Below, in pieces: positions 53,700-61,442 of a stretch of DNA of 61,442 nucleotides (the stretch's first letter is position 1; each line of letters begins with the position of its first letter). This stretch comes from Bifidobacterium breve. GTDB taxonomy: Bacteria > Actinomycetota > Actinomycetes > S36-B12. The translations under genes were made by a program, and so were the position numbers. Location: NCBI GenBank assembly GCA_945861775.1, contig CAMAVT010000001.1:1-61442 (forward strand). The letters run 5' to 3'. The notes under the pieces were generated by a model. It made no database searches, was not told the origin of the DNA, and was given only the letters and a program-made list of their open reading frames with translations.

Positions 53700-55052
53700 C
53701 TAGATGTTAAGTAGGTACTTTGCGCGCTCACGATCAGTGACGTCAAGGTGATCAATTTCCCATTCATGCGCCTTCATCTCCGAGTAGTCCCGAATGAATG
53801 CAGGTTCAAAAACTTCCTGAGTCAATGGGTCTTTTTGGAAAGCCTCAATAGCTTCAAGAAGTGTGCGAGGCAGGCTGTTAACCGAAGCGTCGTAGGAAAG
53901 TGATTCCATGGGGTCACCCGGATGAATTCGATCGCGAATGCCTTCTAACCCAGCGGCCAACATGAACGCAGCGGCGTGATAAGTGTTTGCTGCACTGTCC
54001 ACGGCGCGGTTTTCAATTGCTGGTCGGTTGTGTGGCAGACGTAGCATGCACGAGCGATTGTTGAATCCGTAGCTGATCGCTGTTGGAGCCCATGAGATTT
54101 CACCATCGGCAAGCCTTGGCACCAGACGGCGATACGAGTTTGTTGTCGGGTTTGCCAGTGCGGTCAAAGCGGCTGCATGCTTGAGAATGCCACCCACAAA
54201 GAAGTAAGTTTCTTCGGTCCAGTCATTACGCTTATCACTTGCGCGGAAAGCGTTCTTTCCTGTGTCAATGTGCTCGAGGCTCATATTGAAATGTGCACCC
54301 GATCCCCACAAGTTTGCATAGGGCTTTGGCATAAAGGTAACGAGCAAACCTTCTTCTTTCGCCGCCTGGCGGGCCATGAGTCGGAAAAGAGTGAGACGGT
54401 CTGCAGTCTCAACGATGGGTGCATGAGCAAAGTCAAATTCATATTGCCCCTCGCCACCTTCCGCATCAAAGGAAAACAGGCCGAAGCCAAGTTCGTCCAT
54501 GTAACGAGTCATGCGGTTTAGAAAGGGCATTGCATCGAGAGCTGATTCAACGTCGTAGGCGGGTGAAGGCTTAACCTCACCACTTCTACTGATGGGTATC
54601 AGTCGATCGCCCTCAAGCGATTCTGGCTTGAATGCATAAAACTCTGGCTCGATACCTAACTGCGGTACATAACCCATTTCGGCTGCCGCCGCGACCTGCT
54701 TCTTGAGTGCAGAGCGAGGGCACAGAGCGAAAGGACGCACCCCACCGAACATCATGTCGGCGGTAAACCAAACAAATCGACGATCCCACGGAAGAATTTT
54801 CATGGAATCTATATCTGGGACCGCAACTACTTCTTCTTCAACCGGATCCATGTGGCCGATCCCGCCCATGCCTCGAGGCGTGTAACGCTCGGAGCCGGCG
54901 AGCATGTTAGCAAGATGATCAATAGGGACAATTTTTGACTTCGGACGCCCTACAACGTCTATCCAGGCTGCCATCGCGTATTCAACACCTTGCGCAGCTA
55001 ACTTCTTACCCAATTCTTCATGACTGCTATCGATTGAATTAATCGTATCCAC
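53700..55052 (-). CDS. glutamine synthetase-family gamma-glutamyl ligase (PuuA/GlnA3-like)
   Basis: 450 aa. GS catalytic-domain blocks (FMPKPYANLWGSGAHFNMSL, NSYRRLVP). Confidence 0.8.
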   Translation of the reverse strand: MDTINSIDSSHEELGKKLAAQGVEYAMAAWIDVVGRPKSKIVPIDHLANMLAGSERYTPRGMGGIGHMDPVEEEVVAVPDIDSMKILPWDRRFVWFTADMMFGGVRPFALCPRSALKKQVAAAAEMGYVPQLGIEPEFYAFKPESLEGDRLIPISRSGEVKPSPAYDVESALDAMPFLNRMTRYMDELGFGLFSFDAEGGEGQYEFDFAHAPIVETADRLTLFRLMARQAAKEEGLLVTFMPKPYANLWGSGAHFNMSLEHIDTGKNAFRASDKRNDWTEETYFFVGGILKHAAALTALANPTTNSYRRLVPRLADGEISWAPTAISYGFNNRSCMLRLPHNRPAIENRAVDSAANTYHAAAFMLAAGLEGIRDRIHPGDPMESLSYDASVNSLPRTLLEAIEAFQKDPLTQEVFEPAFIRDYSEMKAHEWEIDHLDVTDRERAKYLLNI

Positions 55053-55099
55053 AATTTCTCCCTTATATCTTTTTAGTGTGACTTGTTGTGTTTCGCTAT

Positions 55100-56359
55100 T
55101 TAAATTTCCGTAGCCTCAAGCAATCGAGCTGCTTCAAGGAAAGGTTCGAGAGGAGCTCGGAAACAACCTGCTCCAATTTGTCCACCATTTTTTCCGGCGA
55201 TGCCCACGTCCATGAGAGGAGCAATTTTTGTTAGCGCAACAAGTTGCACGCTTATTCCGGCCGGTGTCCCCCGGTAATCAAAGAATGGAATGTGAAACCA
55301 AGGGTGCTCAGCCACAGCGATCTCGTACATCTCAAGGTTCCTTGCGACCATGTCTGCGGCCGATCCGCCCTGGTATCTCTGCAAGGGGAATGCGGTCGCC
55401 TGCGCCATTGCTCCCAGTCCGCAGGTTTCCGTGATGGGACTTTCTCCACCCATTACTTCAATGTCGTCGGTTGTGAATCCAGGAAACAACCCACTGGTTT
55501 CAACTTTGGGAAGTGGGCCGCGGAACCAACGATCTCCAAAGCCCGCAACACGAATTCCGAATTCCTTGCATGAAAAGGCCATCGCAGTCACGATCCCTGA
55601 GCCGGGTGTGCCACTCATTTGATCGGCGAGCAATTTACACGCAGCCATAGAGATTCGAAGGAAGAAGTACTCACCGGTCATGAAATATGACGTCAATTCC
55701 TTCGCTCTCGCTGGTTCCATCGACACGAGCGCTGGCATGACATCACGCAGGAATAGAAGCGAAGCTGCGGTATTGCGACTATGAAGTTCATCTCCCATGT
55801 GCAGCGCACGTTGCATAATCGGGATCACGCGTATGGGTTCAGGCAGACTGTGAATCAATTCACTCAATGCAGGACCTATTACCGATGCCAGGTACTGAAG
55901 ATTGTTTTCAACTTCCTCGTTGTAAACACCGTAGTTAAGCCGGCTAGTCCCAGCTCCTTCAAACAAGGTGCAAAAAGCTTTTTGATTAGTTTTTTGGTCC
56001 GCAAGAACAAGCACCGGCATTGACGCCGTTGTCACACCTGCCAAGGATCCAATGCAGGAGAAGTCGTGGCACCCGCGTACGAGGATTTCACCTGCATCAA
56101 GTTTGGCGATTGCGTCATCAGAACTCGATGCGAGACGCTCGTATAGGGCTCCGCCAATGATCGCGTTTCTCTGGCCGCCCGTGTATTCACGCCATTCCAA
56201 CGGTGGCCCAGAAGTCAGAATGAGATTTGGTGTCATGCCGGGGACTACGGAGAGTGCCGGTGCTACGTCAACCAAGATGGGGTCGCACTCAAACATGGCT
56301 GCGAGGGCCGGATCTGTGATGGCCGAAGTATCAAAGCGACTCATAATCAAACCGCCCAT
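55100..56359 (-). CDS. DUF1116 (YlbE/AllG-like) protein
   Basis: Collinear similarity to E. coli YlbE as I recall it (LILTSGPPLEWREYTGGQ, MGDELHSRNTAAS, IVTAMAFSCKEFGIRVAGFGDRWF, GQIGAGCFRAPLEPF). Start is 56359 or ATG 56344. Confidence 0.75.
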   Translation of the reverse strand: MGGLIMSRFDTSAITDPALAAMFECDPILVDVAPALSVVPGMTPNLILTSGPPLEWREYTGGQRNAIIGGALYERLASSSDDAIAKLDAGEILVRGCHDFSCIGSLAGVTTASMPVLVLADQKTNQKAFCTLFEGAGTSRLNYGVYNEEVENNLQYLASVIGPALSELIHSLPEPIRVIPIMQRALHMGDELHSRNTAASLLFLRDVMPALVSMEPARAKELTSYFMTGEYFFLRISMAACKLLADQMSGTPGSGIVTAMAFSCKEFGIRVAGFGDRWFRGPLPKVETSGLFPGFTTDDIEVMGGESPITETCGLGAMAQATAFPLQRYQGGSAADMVARNLEMYEIAVAEHPWFHIPFFDYRGTPAGISVQLVALTKIAPLMDVGIAGKNGGQIGAGCFRAPLEPFLEAARLLEATEI

Positions 56360-56371
56360 TCATCGGGATTA

Positions 56372-56387
56372 GCCAAAAGGTTTTGGC
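56372..56387. promoter_or_regulatory. palindromic operator candidate GCCAAAAGGTTTTGGC
   Basis: 7-2-7 perfect palindrome, 13 bp upstream of the DUF1116 start. Its reverse complement recurs 89 bp away. Confidence 0.5.
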
Positions 56388-56460
56388 AAACCGATGAAAT
56401 AACTTGGTGCTTACGAATCATGGTGCTCCCTGAGTCTAAGAGTGCGATATGTTGACTTTT

Positions 56461-56476
56461 GCCAAAACCTTTTGGA
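56461..56476. promoter_or_regulatory. palindromic operator candidate GCCAAAACCTTTTGGA
   Basis: Second site. 15/16 match to the reverse complement of site 1. Confidence 0.5.
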
Positions 56477-56633
56477 AACTTTCGGTGAAGATTAGCACTC
56501 ACGTTAGTGAAGTCAAGGGGAATTAAATAATTCTTTTGGGAAATTTTGACAGAGCCAACCATGAAAATGAGGTTCGCAGGCCACGAACCGGGTGTGTACA
56601 TTCATGGGATGCGGGAATTGAGGGGTGTTGACT

Positions 56634-57668
56634 ATGGCTGCAAACATTCATGACGTAGCCAAGCTCGCCGATGTCTCTATAACCACGGTTTCCCACGTAA
56701 TGAGTGGCAGAGGGCGAGTGGCTTCTGCCACGAAGGAGCGGGTGCTAACGGCCATTGCGGATTTAAATTACCAAGCGAATATTCATGCCCAAAGACTGGT
56801 ATCACAGAAAAGTCGCACCTTAGCCTTCCAGATTGCATCTTTCACCCAAAATTCCAATTCGACAACTCTTATCCCAAACTCCAACTACTTCTTGGAAGTG
56901 CTAAACGCTGCATCAAATGAGGCAACTCGTCGAGAATACGTTTTGTTAATACTTTCCGCCGATGTTGACTCCTCCCTCATGGACCGATATGGAATTGATG
57001 GTGTTTTGATCATTGATCCACGTGGTGATGAAAAAATATTTCAGACCGACTCGCACTCCGATTGGTTGATTGTTACCAACGGCCGCACGGTGAATGAATT
57101 AACGAGTCGCATTGGGATCGTTGATAATGATCACCGTCGGACTACGCGGGAAACACTCATGCATCTGCGCGAGGAAGGCTACGAGCGGCCAGCGCTCATA
57201 ACCACTGATTTGGGGCGTTCATACACCCGTGATCTTGCCGACGAATATCAAGATTGGTGTAAAGAGGAAGGCCTGGCTCCCATCATTGTGGAATTGCCTG
57301 AGCCGCCAACACAGCAAGCAGCAGCAGATGCGGCCAGGAAGATTTTGGCTCGGCGCTTGCCTCCCGATGCAATCCTTGCTTCTGCCGAAGATCTAGCTCT
57401 TGGAGTATTACATGCGGCTCAAGATCAAGGCCTATCGGTTCCCAAAGATTTGGGTATAGTCAGTGCGGTCGATAGCAGTGTGCTGTTGGTTGCCACTCCG
57501 TCAATCACTGCTGTGTACTTGGATCCAGAGACGATAGGAATTCGTGCGGTGGACATGTTGATTTCGGCGCTTGAGGATCAAGCAGAATTCCCGCAGAAGG
57601 CTATTGTGCCATCGGAACTTCGCATTCGTGATTCAACAATGCGACGAAATGCAAGGGGTGAAACATGA
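56634..57668 (+). CDS. LacI-family transcriptional regulator
   Basis: NIHDVAKLADVSITTVSHVMSG HTH plus a periplasmic-binding-fold effector domain. Divergent from the DUF1116 operon. Confidence 0.85.
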   Translation: MAANIHDVAKLADVSITTVSHVMSGRGRVASATKERVLTAIADLNYQANIHAQRLVSQKSRTLAFQIASFTQNSNSTTLIPNSNYFLEVLNAASNEATRREYVLLILSADVDSSLMDRYGIDGVLIIDPRGDEKIFQTDSHSDWLIVTNGRTVNELTSRIGIVDNDHRRTTRETLMHLREEGYERPALITTDLGRSYTRDLADEYQDWCKEEGLAPIIVELPEPPTQQAAADAARKILARRLPPDAILASAEDLALGVLHAAQDQGLSVPKDLGIVSAVDSSVLLVATPSITAVYLDPETIGIRAVDMLISALEDQAEFPQKAIVPSELRIRDSTMRRNARGET

Positions 57669-58315
57669 CAAAGTCGTCAAAAGTTCTCGTTATCTGTGCG
57701 AGCCCACGCCATAATGGAAATTCTGCCATCCTCGCTGCTGCCGCTGCAGAAGGTGCAAATAAAGCGGGGCATGATGTCGAGACCGTGTTCCTCGACGATT
57801 ATGTGGAGGGGATGCTGCGTGATTGTCGTACGTGTCGCAATGTTGAAGGCGACTGCTCAATAGATGACCTGTATGGCGAACTATTCTTGAAAAAATTCCT
57901 ACCGGCTAGCGCGGTCATATTCGCCACACCATTGCACTATTACGGCATGACCGGGCGATTAAAAACTTTCTTTGATCGCATTTTTTGCTTTACATCAGAT
58001 TCAGCACCCGATGGTTCAATTCACGCCCAATCACTGCAAAATAAGCAGATCGGCCTCCTTATTTCTTGTGAAGAAAGTTACCCTGGCGCCACACTGGGAC
58101 TAGTAGCGCAGTTCCAAGAACTCACGCGATACAACCGGCAGTCCTTTGTTGGGTACTGTGTCGGAGTTGCAAATAGTCGCGGTGAAATCATTCACGATCC
58201 GTCTGATCCAGTCGCCAGCGCACGCAAGCTCGGTGAACACATTATGGACTTAACCGAAACCGATTATCGTTTCGATAGCGAACGAGGAAACAATGTGTGG
58301 TCAACTAAGTACTGA
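57665..58315 (+). CDS. flavodoxin-fold NAD(P)H-dependent FMN reductase / iron-sulfur-flavoprotein-like
   Basis: KVLVICASPRHNGNSA N-terminus and a CRTCRNVEGDC cysteine cluster. ATGA overlap with the lacI-family gene. Confidence 0.7.
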   Translation: MTKSSKVLVICASPRHNGNSAILAAAAAEGANKAGHDVETVFLDDYVEGMLRDCRTCRNVEGDCSIDDLYGELFLKKFLPASAVIFATPLHYYGMTGRLKTFFDRIFCFTSDSAPDGSIHAQSLQNKQIGLLISCEESYPGATLGLVAQFQELTRYNRQSFVGYCVGVANSRGEIIHDPSDPVASARKLGEHIMDLTETDYRFDSERGNNVWSTKY

Positions 58316-58345
58316 ATGGGACTACGCGTGTTTATACCCCCGCGT

Positions 58346-59062
58346 CTAGCTTGCCCAGGTGGTCACCATTTTGTTAGCGACCTGTTCGAGCGCCTTTTTT
58401 TGAGCAGGTGTCAGGTCCACAGCAGTCTGCGTTGAAGCCTGAGTTGAAATAATGACGTCATTTAACAGAGTGAAAATTGTAAAGGTGTCATTTAAATAGG
58501 AATCTGGATTTCCCACAGCAGCATTATTAACGTTCTGGTTGGTGTAGACCGACTCGACGCCAGCCACCGTGACCGCAGGAGTTTTCCCTGATGTAACAGC
58601 TGTTGTGTATGGAAATGAAGTGCCATTTCCGTCAGTGGATGTACCCGAGTAACTTCCATCGCACTTTTTGAGGTCCTTGCCGACTTTGGCAAATGCTTTT
58701 TCGGCTGCAGTATTACTACGGTATTGATTAACGTTAATGAACAGATCAAGGTTCTTATTTATTTCGTTATATGACACATTTGCATTGAGAAAAGATGGCG
58801 CGAGATTAAAGCTATTGGGGATCGAGCCGTCGTCGGGCCCCGGGCTAGAACATAAAAAAGATCCCTGACGCATCGAATCTCCAATAGCAATGGTCGCCCC
58901 GGGCTTCGATGCAAATTCCTTGGGCAGATCCTTTGCGTTCAGAAAATGTGATGCAGCGAAGCCGAATGCGGCTTTGTCATAACCCTGCGCAACGCTGGTT
59001 GTCACGGCCATGGATCCAAGTGCGAGTGCACTAACAGCTAGACCTGCTGAAACTCTTTTCAT
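58346..59062 (-). CDS. secreted hypothetical protein
   Basis: Signal MKRVSAGLAVSALALGSMAVTTSVAQG. No family recognised. Confidence 0.5.
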   Translation of the reverse strand: MKRVSAGLAVSALALGSMAVTTSVAQGYDKAAFGFAASHFLNAKDLPKEFASKPGATIAIGDSMRQGSFLCSSPGPDDGSIPNSFNLAPSFLNANVSYNEINKNLDLFINVNQYRSNTAAEKAFAKVGKDLKKCDGSYSGTSTDGNGTSFPYTTAVTSGKTPAVTVAGVESVYTNQNVNNAAVGNPDSYLNDTFTIFTLLNDVIISTQASTQTAVDLTPAQKKALEQVANKMVTTWAS

Positions 59063-59254
59063 TATTTCTCTTCCCTCGGGCAGATGTTCGTATTTACTTA
59101 GTCTAATAAAAATTGTTTTCTTATTGGCATATTTCCGTCAAAACAAGCGCCTCAAAAAATATGTATCTTTCGTGATGTTTCAGAGAGTTGGGAGGCCTTC
59201 GATCCGCGCGCCCTGAACCCTGCGCTACTCGAAGTAGTGGGCGACACGGCCACA

Positions 59255-59283
59255 CCAGCCAACCAGCCAACCAGCCAACCAGG
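59255..59283. repeat. octanucleotide tandem repeat (CCAGCCAA)x3.5
   Basis: Units at 59255, 59263 and 59271, plus a partial fourth. Intergenic. Confidence 0.8.
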
Positions 59284-59408
59284 CTGCATCAAGTTACATA
59301 AAGAATGTTCGCGAAATGTTTGCAGTTCCCAACGCGCACTTACCGCCATCTTGACCCGGGCACTGCATAACTGACATCGAACGTGAAGGGGCCTGTTCCA
59401 GCCCCTCG

Positions 59409-61280
59409 CTACCGCTGCGGGTCGGGGCCACCAGGGGCATAGTTACACGAACGATTTCTAGCAGGCAGTTTGAGTGTGAGCAGGTATTCGGTCACCGGTG
59501 CGTTAACACACTCAGATGGCGTGGACAGATAAGCGACATGCTGGGTGCTGTTGTAGGTGATCGTGCTTGACCTGGCGAAAGTGTTCGCAAGGCTGCGCCC
59601 CCACACCCAAGGGGTAGCTGCATCACCCGAGGACAGCACGAACACCGGAGGTGTCTTGAGATTGATCATGGCTGAGGTACTGGGGACAGCAGGCGACAGG
59701 TCCTCTGGAGCAAGCCCGAAGCATGAGGCAGAATTGCCGATGAATAAAGGTGAAGTCGTACCGAAGTTGCGCGCGTTTGGTTCCGAGGCGGCAGCTAACT
59801 CCGCCACTGTCGGACGATCGTGCAGATCAGAGCAGTTGACGAAGATCTGAACAGGAACTCCTTTCAAACCTTCGTCAATTATTGATTGCACTCCTTCAGC
59901 GATGGATGCAACCGCCGCAAGCTGCTTGGCGCGCGCGGCCGGCGTCGTCGCGGTGATGCTCCCATACAAGTTATTGACCAGAGCCCGCGCAGTCGGGTAC
60001 AGACTCTGCGACGTCAGCATTATCCTGAACTGCTCTGCCCAATCCCAGCGGGTGAACTCGGTGCCGTCGGGTAGCGCCAAGACCGCGGCATCGAGATAGT
60101 CCTCGATCACGGTGATCTTTCGCGCCGTCTCTGGGGCCGCCAAGGCCGGGAACATCTGTGTGCTAATCCACAAGTTGGACGGAAACGACGTACCAAGCCC
60201 ATATATTGTCTCGCCCGCTGGCATGCTGCCGTCCATGATCAGGGCCCGCAATTTGCTTGGGAAAGTGCGCGCGTAGGCGTACCCGATCCGAGTCCCGTAA
60301 CTCATCCCCCAGTAGTTCCACGTCGAGTAGCCAAGGGCCACCCGCAGCGCATTAAGGTCACGAATGACCTGCCAGGTGCCGAGGTACGGGGCGGAATTGG
60401 GGTTAGCCGCTAGGCAGGCGGCGTTAGCCGCCTCACCCTCATCTGCGGTCTTCTGCCAAAACTCCCGCCAGTCCACGGGACCGGTCGATGGCGGATAATT
60501 AATGGTGTACTGGCAACTGGAATCTACGGAGCCGACAATGACGGTTACCTCGCGACTGGCGCCACCACGACGAATTTCCACCACCAACGAATCACCCGGC
60601 ACAGACTCGAGGACTTCCGCGACCACATCTTCGGCGTTACTTATTACGCGATCACTGACCTTGACGATGATGTCGCCCTTGACCAGGCCTGCCTTTGCAC
60701 TAGGTGAACCCGGCTTGGTCCCGGTAATCTCGGCCCCACCAGACCCACCCGATGCCAGACCGAGTCCCACGAAGGGCTGAGCTGGGCCAGTGAGCTTCGG
60801 CCCGCTACCGCCCACACCACGCGGATCCCATCCAACGAAATCGAACTTGGAGACCACGTCATCCGGGAGCAGTGAGTAGATGGCTGGGAAGCTCTCAACC
60901 CCCGACCCACCCGGTCCGCCCGGGTTAAAAGTCAACCCACCCTTGCCCTCCTTCGAGCGCATCACCCGCACATCAATGGTGGTCGTCCGACCATCAGTTG
61001 GGTTCTGCCAATCCAATGGCACCGTGAGCTTCGCACACTGCACCCCGGAAGGCAGTGACTTAGGCGGGCACTTGTAATACGACAAGGTCGGCTCGAAAGC
61101 CGCGGCGTTCGGAGCTACCGCTGGGGCCGCTGGAGCAACAACACCTGCCACACCCGCGAGGAGCGCAATCGTGCACACGACACCCACAATGCGTCGAGCA
61201 GTCAATGTTGATTTCACGAATTGGACCTCGCTTTCCCTTTGGGACATCGCCCGCGACCTCATTCGCCCACCGGCGAGCAC
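59409..61280 (-). CDS. secreted S33-type alpha/beta-hydrolase (tripeptidyl-aminopeptidase-like) with an inserted PDZ domain
   Basis: FNPGGPGGSG and WDPRGVGGS, then a ~85-aa PDZ-like insert, then the nucleophile elbow NYWGMSYGT. Start may be ATG 61247 (MSQRESE...). Confidence 0.75.
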   Translation of the reverse strand: MLAGGRMRSRAMSQRESEVQFVKSTLTARRIVGVVCTIALLAGVAGVVAPAAPAVAPNAAAFEPTLSYYKCPPKSLPSGVQCAKLTVPLDWQNPTDGRTTTIDVRVMRSKEGKGGLTFNPGGPGGSGVESFPAIYSLLPDDVVSKFDFVGWDPRGVGGSGPKLTGPAQPFVGLGLASGGSGGAEITGTKPGSPSAKAGLVKGDIIVKVSDRVISNAEDVVAEVLESVPGDSLVVEIRRGGASREVTVIVGSVDSSCQYTINYPPSTGPVDWREFWQKTADEGEAANAACLAANPNSAPYLGTWQVIRDLNALRVALGYSTWNYWGMSYGTRIGYAYARTFPSKLRALIMDGSMPAGETIYGLGTSFPSNLWISTQMFPALAAPETARKITVIEDYLDAAVLALPDGTEFTRWDWAEQFRIMLTSQSLYPTARALVNNLYGSITATTPAARAKQLAAVASIAEGVQSIIDEGLKGVPVQIFVNCSDLHDRPTVAELAAASEPNARNFGTTSPLFIGNSASCFGLAPEDLSPAVPSTSAMINLKTPPVFVLSSGDAATPWVWGRSLANTFARSSTITYNSTQHVAYLSTPSECVNAPVTEYLLTLKLPARNRSCNYAPGGPDPQR

Positions 61281-61442
61281 CGCACAACTATTACATATCG
61301 AGGCCCCAAAAATGCTCCGAATCCCCCAGTTGGCGAACCTGCCCGCTAGCGCAGCGCGACGTGCTGGCGCTCAGCGAGGCAGGCGTGCAGGATGTCCCTA
61401 TGACAGTCATTGCCCGAACCCTCACGGCGGCGGCTGCCGTAC

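Noticed and set aside
56347-56601. 84-aa minus-strand ORF in the LacI-family / DUF1116 intergenic region
   Set aside because: It spans the two palindromic operator candidates and the divergent promoters. Its product is of low complexity and has no RBS. It is most likely non-coding.
61282-61442. Possible start of a + strand gene near 61400 (ATG ACA GTC ATT GCC... MTVIARTLTAAAAV), or the tail of a minus-strand ORF entering from the right edge
   Set aside because: There is too little sequence before the window ends to choose between strands or recognise a family.

Overview
61.4-kb window with no rRNA, tRNA, CRISPR array, integrase or transposase that I could recognise. Gene content looks actinobacterial (Tat and Sec signals, VapBC pairs, YcnI-CopC, maltokinase-like kinase, DUF4143 ATPase); this taxonomic call is inference only. 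Layout: (1) 1-2.2 kb, end of a branched-chain/2-oxoacid dehydrogenase plus acyl-CoA dehydrogenase operon with a divergent Lrp regulator. (2) 2.3-7.4 kb, a Tat-exported LodA/GoxA-like quinoprotein oxidase fused to an NHL propeller, its LodB-like flavoprotein, and a secreted metallophosphoesterase. (3) 7.5-10.8 kb, a copper module (YcnI and two CopC, no CopD). (4) 11-11.6 kb, VapBC. (5) about 12-30.5 kb, an AT-richer accessory/defence island. It holds a DEDDh exonuclease-BRCT protein, a 1596-aa Type ISP restriction-modification enzyme, an RHH / Pif1-like helicase / YqaJ-like nuclease trio, GmrSD, an HNH enzyme, an HD (SpoT-like) hydrolase, a VWA protein, a nonsense-interrupted CX5R phosphatase and a DUF4143 ATPase. 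(6) 31.8-36 kb, a TetR / glycosyltransferase / kinase / SIS operon. (7) 36.1-42.9 kb, a polyamine-type ABC importer, an FAD oxidase with an in-frame TAG, and an aldehyde dehydrogenase. (8) 42.9-44.7 kb, two successive tandem duplications. (9) 44.8-50.6 kb, a secreted acetolactate-decarboxylase homologue, an AAA+/VWA pair, and VapC/Phd. (10) 51-57.7 kb, a LacI-controlled operon of DUF1116, GS-like ligase, gamma-glutamyl hydrolase, NCS1 permease and SugE. (11) 59.4-61.3 kb, an S33 alpha/beta-hydrolase peptidase with a nested PDZ domain. Most unusual observation: a repeated ~350-nt module present as three intact copies and one decayed copy (42903-43658 twice, 28000-28365, 29975-30084). Each intact copy carries an unannotated 53-56-codon ORF. 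Inside that ORF sit a conserved antisense extended -10 and an antisense intrinsic terminator whose palindrome is kept by compensatory changes. This is the architecture of a type I toxin-antitoxin or cis-antisense-regulated small-peptide locus. All family calls come from motif recognition by eye. No database search was run.
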